Below are positions 44,789 through 52,536 of a DNA stretch of 64,000 nucleotides, piece by piece. Origin of the DNA: a virus; the IMG/VR virus record IMGVR_UViG_3300045988_177154, positions 32,001 to 96,000 of that record; one strand, 5' to 3'. Each line of letters opens with the position of its first letter. Position 1 is the first letter of the stretch. The translations under genes were made by a program, and so were the position numbers. The notes under the pieces were generated by a model. The model was given only the letters and a program-made list of their open reading frames with translations. It was not told the origin of the DNA and ran no database searches.

Positions 44789-45784
44789 ATGATTATTGAT
44801 TGTTATGTGTTTTCAGATGTAGCACTCAAACTAAATCACACTTATTATAACATTGATGATTACAAATTACTATTATATAACTTAAAGGATTATCGAGTTG
44901 ATTCGTTTTCAATCTTTACTTTTATTTATAAAGTAAAAGTAAATTCAGATGATGTACATTATCTTGGTAAATATGGAGTATATTCACTTAAGTATCAAGT
45001 AGTAGAAGAAGTTCCTTTTGGAGATTTTGTAGCAAAACTTTCACTTGGGGGATTAGAAAAAGCTGGACTAATGTCTATTATCAAAGGTACTATGCCCGAA
45101 GATAAAGCTATTAAAAAATATGAAGATATTCTAACTCTAAATAAGTATGGGTATTCATTAACTTTTATTCAAGCCCTCAAATTTCATGCTATACTAAGCC
45201 AAAAGAAATATGAACTACCAATCCTTTATGTAGATGAACAAGGTTGGTATTTAGTTAGATTATTTGAATATTACAATAGAAAATATGAAGCAAAAAATAC
45301 TTTGTCAAATTCTACTAATCATTGTGTAGAACAAGAAAGGATATTAGGTTCAAAAAAATTTGAGGAACATTTTGACATTCAAAATGCTACACTTGCGAAT
45401 GAAAGAGAACTTCAGACTTTTTATGATTTAATAAAAGGAAGAAAGCTAACACAAGAGAAATTTGAGCAGTGTTGTGCTGAATTTATGAATTTATTAGACG
45501 ATGATTATAGAAAGGAATATTTAGCAAAAATAGTTGTATTTTCCAATTATGAAATACCTGAAAAGTATAAAGATATATTTTTACCAGAAGCTGTATTTAA
45601 ATACCCAGATTGGATAAAAGACTTAAAAGAAGAGCATATCTCTTGGCAATATGCTGATGTAACAAGATTCCTTATGATTGGATATAAAGTGAAAAATGGT
45701 AATTACAACCTAGAATGGGCAAATTCAATTATGAATGCTAGAAGCATTTTAAAGAACGACAATTACAAATATATAGAAATTTAA
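44789..45784 (+). CDS. paralog family F protein
   Basis: MIIDCYVFSD start (AAAGGAG RBS). Family blocks are present. Confidence 0.7.
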   Translation: MIIDCYVFSDVALKLNHTYYNIDDYKLLLYNLKDYRVDSFSIFTFIYKVKVNSDDVHYLGKYGVYSLKYQVVEEVPFGDFVAKLSLGGLEKAGLMSIIKGTMPEDKAIKKYEDILTLNKYGYSLTFIQALKFHAILSQKKYELPILYVDEQGWYLVRLFEYYNRKYEAKNTLSNSTNHCVEQERILGSKKFEEHFDIQNATLANERELQTFYDLIKGRKLTQEKFEQCCAEFMNLLDDDYRKEYLAKIVVFSNYEIPEKYKDIFLPEAVFKYPDWIKDLKEEHISWQYADVTRFLMIGYKVKNGNYNLEWANSIMNARSILKNDNYKYIEI

Positions 45785-45792
45785 TTTAAAAA

Positions 45793-45820
45793 AGCAACTA
45801 AAAAGTTGCTTTTTATTTTT
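45793..45820 (+). terminator. intrinsic terminator
   Basis: AGCAACT-AAAA-AGTTGCT plus a T run. Confidence 0.75.
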
Positions 45821-45833
45821 TTACAAAAATGTG

Positions 45834-45862
45834 TTGACAAACTAAAAATCATATTATATAAT
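45834..45862 (+). promoter_or_regulatory. sigma-A type promoter
   Basis: TTGACA-17-TATAAT. Confidence 0.8.
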
Positions 45863-45901
45863 ATAACTACAATAAAGAAATGAAATGAGAGATAAACAAA
45901 A

Positions 45902-46681
45902 ATGGAAATTGCAAAACAATACCACGCAAAAATCAATACAGCCGGAGTTGCTTCAGCTTATAATATTTCTACTGTAACTCGAACTCTTAGCCAGGCAGTA
46001 AAAGATGCTAATCTTGCACTTCATTCAGTAGAAGTACTAACAGAAGTTCCAACAGATAACAAATTAAAAGCAGAAGTACTTGCTGCTCATACTTATCGAG
46101 TAACATGGCAAGGAAAACTAGACATTGAAGTGATTCTCCTTGTTAAATTAGTAAATGGTGCTCAAGTACTAACTATTGATGATGATTTTGCTAATATTGA
46201 ATTGACTAATTCAATTACTATTGAACCACAAGGGCTTATCCGTATGGTTGAAAATGGTGAATTATTCCTTGAAGCTGAATACCAACGTGGATTTGTTTGG
46301 AGCCACGAACACAAAGAAGAATTTTTGCTGGATTGGATTAAAGGTGGAGTTATTATTACTCCTTACCTTGTAAGTTATTACAATGGTGATAACCACATTT
46401 ACGAAGTTCTTGATGGCAAACAACGTTTACAAACAGTTTATGAATTTCTAACAAACAAAATTGCTGTTAAAGGATTGTTGTTTGAAGAATTGCTAGACTA
46501 TGATAAACGCAAAATCCTTAATCGTAGAATTGTAGGCTTGACTATGACTCAAAAATATGGTGACAACGCATATGAGCGCCCAGACATGAAAACTCTTGTA
46601 AATGCTTTCGTGAATTTCAATAAAGGAATTACAGTTGATGAAGAAGTAATCGCCAAAGCAAAAGAATTGATTGAAGAATAA
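45902..46681 (+). CDS. DUF262 / ParB-like nuclease-superfamily domain protein
   Basis: EYQRGFVW ... VLDGKQRLQT is the DUF262 (GmrS-like) signature. No DUF1524/HNH half. Confidence 0.65.
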   Translation: MEIAKQYHAKINTAGVASAYNISTVTRTLSQAVKDANLALHSVEVLTEVPTDNKLKAEVLAAHTYRVTWQGKLDIEVILLVKLVNGAQVLTIDDDFANIELTNSITIEPQGLIRMVENGELFLEAEYQRGFVWSHEHKEEFLLDWIKGGVIITPYLVSYYNGDNHIYEVLDGKQRLQTVYEFLTNKIAVKGLLFEELLDYDKRKILNRRIVGLTMTQKYGDNAYERPDMKTLVNAFVNFNKGITVDEEVIAKAKELIEE

Positions 46682-46704
46682 GCAACCCCACGGTTGCTTT
46701 TTTC
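46682..46704 (+). terminator. intrinsic terminator
   Basis: GCAACC-CCAC-GGTTGC plus a T run. Confidence 0.7.
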
Positions 46705-46753
46705 TTTTAAAAGTTATATAATATAATAAAGAGCGAAAGAAAGAGGTATGAAA

Positions 46754-47743
46754 TTGTTTATTGATTGTTATTTCTTATCAAACATTGTTAGAAAACCTGA
46801 CCATATTTACTATACTAATTATGATTATATGTTTGGCGAATTTTTCTATTTTGATTTAAACCTTTGTAATTTAGACAATATACGTTTTAACACGTACCCT
46901 TATAAAGTTAGAGTTGACTCAAATGATGTGTTTTATATTGCTAATAATGGCTTAAGAGCACTCAAATTTCAAATAGTAGAAGAAGTTAATATTTTAGATT
47001 GGATTGAAGCTTCATCTTTGAAAGATAGAGCAAAGAGTCATTTGAAATCAATTTGTAATGGTTCTGTACTTCAAGATAAAGTGTTAGAATTTTATGATAA
47101 AACTATTATAACTCCAACTGCTTTATTGACTACAGCTCAAATTTTTAAATTGCATGCTATTTTGAGCCAGAAAAAATATGAATTGCCTACAAGAGTAATC
47201 ACTAATGGAAATAAAAGCTATTTGCGAGCTTATGAATTTTATGGCAGAGAATATGAATTTGATTCTAATCATAAACCTTTTTTCAAAGTGTTTGAAGCTG
47301 AAGCTGCCTTGGGGTCTAAAAGATTTGAATATATTGAAAATGAAGATAGTGAAATCCTTATGTCAGATGTGTCAAGTTTTTTAAAATTAGTAGCATCAAG
47401 AAAATTAACTCAAAATCAATTTGAGTATTGTTGTATGTACAGTCCTTTTTTAACTACAGCTGACAAAAAGAAATTTGTTAATACAGCATTACGAGCAAAT
47501 TATGAAATTCCTCATGAGGGCAGACACTTATTCTTTCCCGAAATCATATTTAAACACCCAAGTTGGGTAACAGAATTAAAGACGAAACATTTAGACAATG
47601 ATTATGCTAGAGCTAGATTACTCTTGTTAGGCTATAAATTGAAAGATTATAATTATCATCATTCTTATTGGGCTACTAATATTGAAAACACTAGACGAAT
47701 TTTTAAAAATGCCGTGTATCAATATATAGAACTTGATGATTAG
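46754..47743 (+). CDS. paralog family F protein
   Basis: TTG start 7 nt after AAGAGG gives (M)FIDCYFLS, aligned with the other family N-termini. The ORF-track ATG at 46748 is only 1 nt from the RBS. Confidence 0.65.
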   Translation: MFIDCYFLSNIVRKPDHIYYTNYDYMFGEFFYFDLNLCNLDNIRFNTYPYKVRVDSNDVFYIANNGLRALKFQIVEEVNILDWIEASSLKDRAKSHLKSICNGSVLQDKVLEFYDKTIITPTALLTTAQIFKLHAILSQKKYELPTRVITNGNKSYLRAYEFYGREYEFDSNHKPFFKVFEAEAALGSKRFEYIENEDSEILMSDVSSFLKLVASRKLTQNQFEYCCMYSPFLTTADKKKFVNTALRANYEIPHEGRHLFFPEIIFKHPSWVTELKTKHLDNDYARARLLLLGYKLKDYNYHHSYWATNIENTRRIFKNAVYQYIELDD

Positions 47744-47759
47744 ATAGAAAGAGAAAACT

Positions 47760-48740
47760 ATGAAAATTAAATGCTATTTATTTACAGGTATAGCAAAACA
47801 AGAAAATCATACTTATTATTCATTAGGAGATAATCGAGGTTCAAGATTTTATTATAATTTGAGAGAGGGACTCAATAGAGAAGAAATTAAAATAGCTCCA
47901 TTTGTTTATGAAGTAGAGTTAGACTCAGAAGATATATGTACAATTACTTCTTATTATTTAGAAACAACAAAATTTAAATTAGTAAGAGCAGTTGAATTTA
48001 GAGAAGTTGTAGAAGTTTTAGATGTTTCAAGTAGAACTCGAAACGAATTGAATGCTATCCTTAGATGTGTGAGTGATAAAGCACAAATCATTCAACAATA
48101 TAAAAAATTGCTTTCAAAAGATTATAGTGATTTATCTAGGATAGAGTTTTATAAATTTATTGCTATTATAAGTCAAAAACATTATAAATTACCACTAATT
48201 GAATTTTCTTGCTTTAGAGCATTTAAATATGTTCGGCTATTGGAATTTTATAATCAGCCACATAGATATGCTCTTGCTGGAAGGGGTTATAGTTTTGTAG
48301 CTTATAATAAAGAAAAATTTTATGGAAGTAGAATATTTGAAAATCTGTCAGATTGTACTATAAATGATTTGCTTAGAGAACACGATATTAGGGTACTTTT
48401 ACAGACTAGGAAATTGTCGCAGAAAAAATTTGAAGAATATTGTGAATATAAGTTTAAAAATAAAGATAAGATTTATAATGCAGATGAATGTGTGGGGGCT
48501 GGATATGAAATTCTACCAAAATATAAAGAGCAATTCTACCCCTATATAATCTATTCTAATCCTGAGTTAGCATTAGATTTGGTAAAAAAAGGCTTGAGCA
48601 CCAATGATTATCAAACTTTATTACTTTTAAGAAAAGGATATAAAATCAGAGATTTTGATTATGATAATAATTATAGAGTCTTTGCTACAACACAAAAAGC
48701 CCAAAAGATTTTCATGAAAAATGATTATAAATATATTTAA
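47760..48740 (+). CDS. paralog family F protein
   Basis: MKIKCYLFT start. Family blocks are present. Confidence 0.7.
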   Translation: MKIKCYLFTGIAKQENHTYYSLGDNRGSRFYYNLREGLNREEIKIAPFVYEVELDSEDICTITSYYLETTKFKLVRAVEFREVVEVLDVSSRTRNELNAILRCVSDKAQIIQQYKKLLSKDYSDLSRIEFYKFIAIISQKHYKLPLIEFSCFRAFKYVRLLEFYNQPHRYALAGRGYSFVAYNKEKFYGSRIFENLSDCTINDLLREHDIRVLLQTRKLSQKKFEEYCEYKFKNKDKIYNADECVGAGYEILPKYKEQFYPYIIYSNPELALDLVKKGLSTNDYQTLLLLRKGYKIRDFDYDNNYRVFATTQKAQKIFMKNDYKYI

Positions 48741-48757
48741 GAGAAAGGATAAGAATT

Positions 48758-49741
48758 ATGGCTGTTAAATGCTATTTATTTACAAGTGTGGCTAGACAAT
48801 TAAATCATACTTATTACTCATTAGAATATAATAAATCTTTATACTTTTACCATAATTTAAATGATTATCATAAAGAAGTGAATAAAATTCTATTAAATCC
48901 CTTTGTTTATGAAGTAGAAGTTGAGCCTAAAACAGTGATTGCTTGTGATTCCTTAGGTTTAGTTGCAACGGAATTTAAACTTGTTAGAGAAGTAGAACTT
49001 ACAGAACTTATCAATGCTTATAAATTTTCAATAAAAACGAAAAATGAAATCAATTCTATTCTTAATGGGCTTGCTGATTCATCAGAAGTAATTTCTTTAT
49101 ATAAAAGATTTTTTAAAAAATCTAAATGGGACCTGTCTAAAATTGAAAAATTCAAATTCTTAGCTATATTGAGTCAAAATCACTATAAATTACCTGTTAT
49201 GAAGATTCGTGAAAATTCTGGTATGGAATATGTTAGGATATTGAAATTCTTTAACAAACCTTACATACCCGCCTTTAGAAGCAATGATAGTACGTTTGAT
49301 AGATTTATTGAAATAGAAGAACTTTATGGAAGCAAAGATTTTGAAACTGGTGTAGAATTACCTATGAAAGAACTGGTTTGCCATATTAACTTGAAACAAT
49401 ATATAGAAACAAGGAAATTATCCCAAGAACAATTTGAAGAGTATTGTGAATATATGTTTACTGAAGAAAGAACAATATATTACACTTCTCATGCTATAGC
49501 AGCTGGATATAAAATTTTACCAAAATACAAAAAACATTTTTATCCATATTTAATTTATTCTGACCCCGAAATGGCATTAGAATTGCTTAATAAAAGGAAT
49601 TTAACTCGTACTGCAGTTATTTATTTCTATGAAAAGAATTATAAAATAGGTGATTACAATTACTCTAATGATAAAGTTAGAGAAACAAAAGCAATCTTTG
49701 TAAAAGAAGATGATTATAAATGTATTGAAGTAGCAACTTGA
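48758..49741 (+). CDS. paralog family F protein
   Basis: MAVKCYLFT start. Family blocks are present. Confidence 0.7.
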   Translation: MAVKCYLFTSVARQLNHTYYSLEYNKSLYFYHNLNDYHKEVNKILLNPFVYEVEVEPKTVIACDSLGLVATEFKLVREVELTELINAYKFSIKTKNEINSILNGLADSSEVISLYKRFFKKSKWDLSKIEKFKFLAILSQNHYKLPVMKIRENSGMEYVRILKFFNKPYIPAFRSNDSTFDRFIEIEELYGSKDFETGVELPMKELVCHINLKQYIETRKLSQEQFEEYCEYMFTEERTIYYTSHAIAAGYKILPKYKKHFYPYLIYSDPEMALELLNKRNLTRTAVIYFYEKNYKIGDYNYSNDKVRETKAIFVKEDDYKCIEVAT

Positions 49742-49797
49742 TAGTTGCTTTTTCTTTTTGTTTATTATATAATATAATAGAGCGAAAGGAGTTAATT

Positions 49798-50781
49798 ATG
49801 ATTATAAAATGCTATTTGTTTTCAGATAGAACTAGACAATTAGGTCATACTTATTATTCATTAGGAATGGGAGATTATTTGTATTTTGAGCTTAGCTCAT
49901 ACCAAGATTATTTTCACATTGGTGACCCATTTGTTTACGAAGTAGAAGTTGATACAGACAAAATATTGTATTGTGATAGTGAAAGTGTACACTCTATTGA
50001 GTACAAGATAAGTAGAGTAATCAAATTTGAAGAATATATTTTTACGTTTGAGTTTCCAAAAGATGATTTAAAAGAATTACTTAATATACTTGATGGAAAT
50101 ATTGACAAAAATGAAATGATAGAATTTTATACTGCAATCATTAGTAAAGATGTTTACAAAGTAAATAGGTTTGAGCAATTAAAACTTTTTGCAATATTAA
50201 ATCAAACAAAATATGAGCTGCCAGAAGTAACAATAGAAAAAGAATTTCAAATGGATTACTATGTTAAGCTTTTAATTTATTACAATAAACCTTATCAAGC
50301 TATTTGTAAACATTCCGCCAAAATTTCTGGGTTTAGAAAAGAACTTAATAAGCAGAGAATGCGGGGAACTACTACTTTTGAAACAATTTCAGATGAAATC
50401 ACCGAAAGATTAGCTTATAATTATTTTTTAGATGAATATATACTAAATAGACAACTTACTCAAGAACAATTTGAAAGTTTATGTGAGTACTTCAAGTGGA
50501 ATACACATATTTTTAAATTTAGAATAAAACTTAGTTCAATTGCAGCTGGTTACAAAATTCTACCAGAACATAGAAGTCTTTTTTATCCTTTTGTGCTTTA
50601 TCATGGAATAGAAGATAATTTGGATATAATTGACCGTGAGAAAAAGCCTGATGAATTATTAAAGATTTTATTTAACTGCGGTTATAAATTTAAAAATGTT
50701 GATTATAGCGACATGCCTTCACATGATAAAATTACTGAAGCAAAAATCATCTTTCAAAAAGGATTTAAATATATAGAATAA
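49798..50781 (+). CDS. paralog family F protein
   Basis: Start moved to MIIKCYLFS (AAAGGAG RBS). Confidence 0.7.
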   Translation: MIIKCYLFSDRTRQLGHTYYSLGMGDYLYFELSSYQDYFHIGDPFVYEVEVDTDKILYCDSESVHSIEYKISRVIKFEEYIFTFEFPKDDLKELLNILDGNIDKNEMIEFYTAIISKDVYKVNRFEQLKLFAILNQTKYELPEVTIEKEFQMDYYVKLLIYYNKPYQAICKHSAKISGFRKELNKQRMRGTTTFETISDEITERLAYNYFLDEYILNRQLTQEQFESLCEYFKWNTHIFKFRIKLSSIAAGYKILPEHRSLFYPFVLYHGIEDNLDIIDREKKPDELLKILFNCGYKFKNVDYSDMPSHDKITEAKIIFQKGFKYIE

Positions 50782-50894
50782 GCAACTCTAAGCTGTTTTA
50801 TTTTAAAGCCGATACATTTATCGAAAATCAGTTTTAACTGTTTTACTGTTGATTATATGACGATATAACGACATTCAAAATCAGTCTAAGCAAT
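50782..50894 (+). repeat. dispersed intergenic repeat, copy F
   Basis: GCAACTCTAAGCTGTTTTATTTTAAAGCCGATACATTTATCGAAAATCAGTTTTAACTGTTTTACTGTTGATTATATGACGATATAACGACATTCAAAATCAGTCTAAGCAAT. Confidence 0.85.
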
Positions 50895-50925
50895 ATGAAA
50901 ATTATAAAAAGAACAATAAAAATAT

Positions 50926-50954
50926 TTGACAAATGAAATACTATATAATATAAT
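50926..50954 (+). promoter_or_regulatory. sigma-A type promoter of the E1/Ubl/JAB cassette
   Basis: TTGACA-17-TATAAT. Confidence 0.8.
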
Positions 50955-50983
50955 AGAATTATCAAAAGAAAGCGAGGATTAAA

Positions 50984-51409
50984 ATGGCTACTACTGAAGA
51001 ATTACTAACAGAAGCTAGAGAATATTTTGCTCAATTGGAAAAACCAAATGAAGAATTAAATGTTGACTATAATTCTGATTATGTGTTATTTGATGAAATA
51101 GATAAAGAAAATCTAAATAAAAATGGTAGACGAGTATTGCTACTTGACTTAAATAACGGAATGAAAGCTGCATTTTTACTAATACCAGATATGGAACAAA
51201 ATCGTTTTACTTTATCTAAGATTAAAGAAACTGCATCTGTACGATTACTTACAAAAGAAACAAAAAATACAGTAAAACAATTTACTTCTCATAAAGGATT
51301 TTTCCCTACTCTAACTTTAGAACAACAAGGGGATATTACTGGAGCTGTTGTTAAATTAAAAGATGGTTCTTATGCAACAATTACTGAACAATTGGAGGTA
51401 ATTAAATAA
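50984..51409 (+). CDS. hypothetical protein (141 aa, no Cys), first gene of the E1/Ubl/JAB cassette
   Basis: Behind promoter 50926-50954. Its stop overlaps the start of the E1-like gene (TAATG). Confidence 0.6.
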   Translation: MATTEELLTEAREYFAQLEKPNEELNVDYNSDYVLFDEIDKENLNKNGRRVLLLDLNNGMKAAFLLIPDMEQNRFTLSKIKETASVRLLTKETKNTVKQFTSHKGFFPTLTLEQQGDITGAVVKLKDGSYATITEQLEVIK

Positions 51410-52089
51410 TGCTGAAAATTAAAGAAGGCCGAAAATATTATATTGTACTAGGTGCTGGTGGAACTGGGTCTTGGCTTGCACAATTCCTATCTAAAATTGA
51501 AGTTCCAGTATACCTTATTGATGGTGATGTGGTGGAACCTAAAAATGTTCTCCGTCAAAACTTTGTCAATGAAGAAGTAAATATGAGCAAAGCAGAAATT
51601 GCTAAAAAATGGGATTTTGCTTATGTGCCTGAATTTTTGAGTGATACTTCTATTATTGATGAAATTATTGCTCAAGAAGAAGGCACACCAGTACTTGTAG
51701 GTTGCTTAGATAACAATGCTACTCGTAAAATTGCTCAAGATGTATTCTACAATCCTAATTACAAAGACATTTTGTGGTTAGACGGTGGAAATGCAGAGCG
51801 ACATGGTCAAGCTTATGTTGCGGCTAAATATGATAATGAAGTTCATTATGAAAGTCCTATTGCTCTTGACCCAGCATTCCAAAACTTTGAAGGTGATGAA
51901 CGTAGACCAGACCAGATTTCATGTGCTGAACAATCTGAGTCTGCGCCACAAAACGTAACTGCAAACGTTACTAGTGCTACATTGTTATTTAATCTAATTA
52001 ACTTGATTGAAGAAAATGCTATGTTGCTTGGAAATAAATTTATGTTCCACACAAAATTATGTAGTATGACAACAACAGAAATTGTTTGA
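51409..52089 (+). CDS. ThiF/MoeB/E1-like adenylyltransferase
   Basis: Rossmann GAGGTGS, then IDGDVVEPKNVLRQNF (the DxDxVExxNLxRQ signature of E1-like enzymes). Cys in PDQISCAEQ. Confidence 0.75.
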   Translation: MLKIKEGRKYYIVLGAGGTGSWLAQFLSKIEVPVYLIDGDVVEPKNVLRQNFVNEEVNMSKAEIAKKWDFAYVPEFLSDTSIIDEIIAQEEGTPVLVGCLDNNATRKIAQDVFYNPNYKDILWLDGGNAERHGQAYVAAKYDNEVHYESPIALDPAFQNFEGDERRPDQISCAEQSESAPQNVTANVTSATLLFNLINLIEENAMLLGNKFMFHTKLCSMTTTEIV

Positions 52090-52114
52090 CAAAGTTTGAT
52101 TAACCTGATAAAAT
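52086..52114 (+). promoter_or_regulatory. sigma-A type promoter overlapping the E1-like gene stop
   Basis: TTGACA-17-TAAAAT. Confidence 0.65.
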
Positions 52115-52145
52115 AAATTTATAAATATGAAAGGAGTTCATTGTC

Positions 52146-52310
52146 ATGGCTTTTAATCCTAGTCAGATTAAATTTGTTCAGTACAAAGGAGAAAAATTTC
52201 CCTTGAATGGAGCAGATTATAATAAAGTTCTTGATTTGCTGAAAATTCCAAAATCAGCAACAGTAACAATTGTAGGTAATACAATTATTGTTACCACTCG
52301 AAAAAGTTGA
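52146..52310 (+). CDS. small Ubl-like (possible beta-grasp) protein, 54 aa
   Basis: Hand-translated MAFNPSQIKFVQYKGEKFPLNGADYNKVLDLLKIPKSATVTIVGNTIIVTTRKS. AAAGGAG RBS. Behind promoter 52086-52114. Paralogous to the N-terminus of 52537-53070. Confidence 0.5.
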   Translation: MAFNPSQIKFVQYKGEKFPLNGADYNKVLDLLKIPKSATVTIVGNTIIVTTRKS

Positions 52311-52319
52311 TAAAAATAG

Positions 52320-52348
52320 TTGACAAACGCTAAATCACTTGTTATAAT
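52320..52348 (+). promoter_or_regulatory. sigma-A type promoter driving the orphan omega-RNA-like element and gene 52537
   Basis: TTGACA-17-TATAAT. Confidence 0.8.
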
Positions 52349-52352
52349 GAAA

Positions 52353-52491
52353 TTAAAGGAAATAATCAAATTGTGTTATTTCTAATAGATGTACCATATT
52401 TAATCATTAAATTTGGAGTCTATCCTCTATTTGAGGTATTACCTTGCAACTCACTTATTTATTACAATAAGTTACAGGTGTAAGCAACAAT
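52353..52491 (+). ncRNA. orphan omega-RNA-like element (copy of the 3' segment of TnpB-like gene 39171-40667)
   Basis: 139 nt alignable to 39310-39163 (minus strand) with compensatory hairpin substitutions and in-frame stops. Begins about 5 nt after the -10 box of promoter 52320-52348. Confidence 0.6.
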
Positions 52492-52536
52492 GTAAATATA
52501 AAATAAAAAATAAAATTTTGAAAGGAGCTATTTAAA

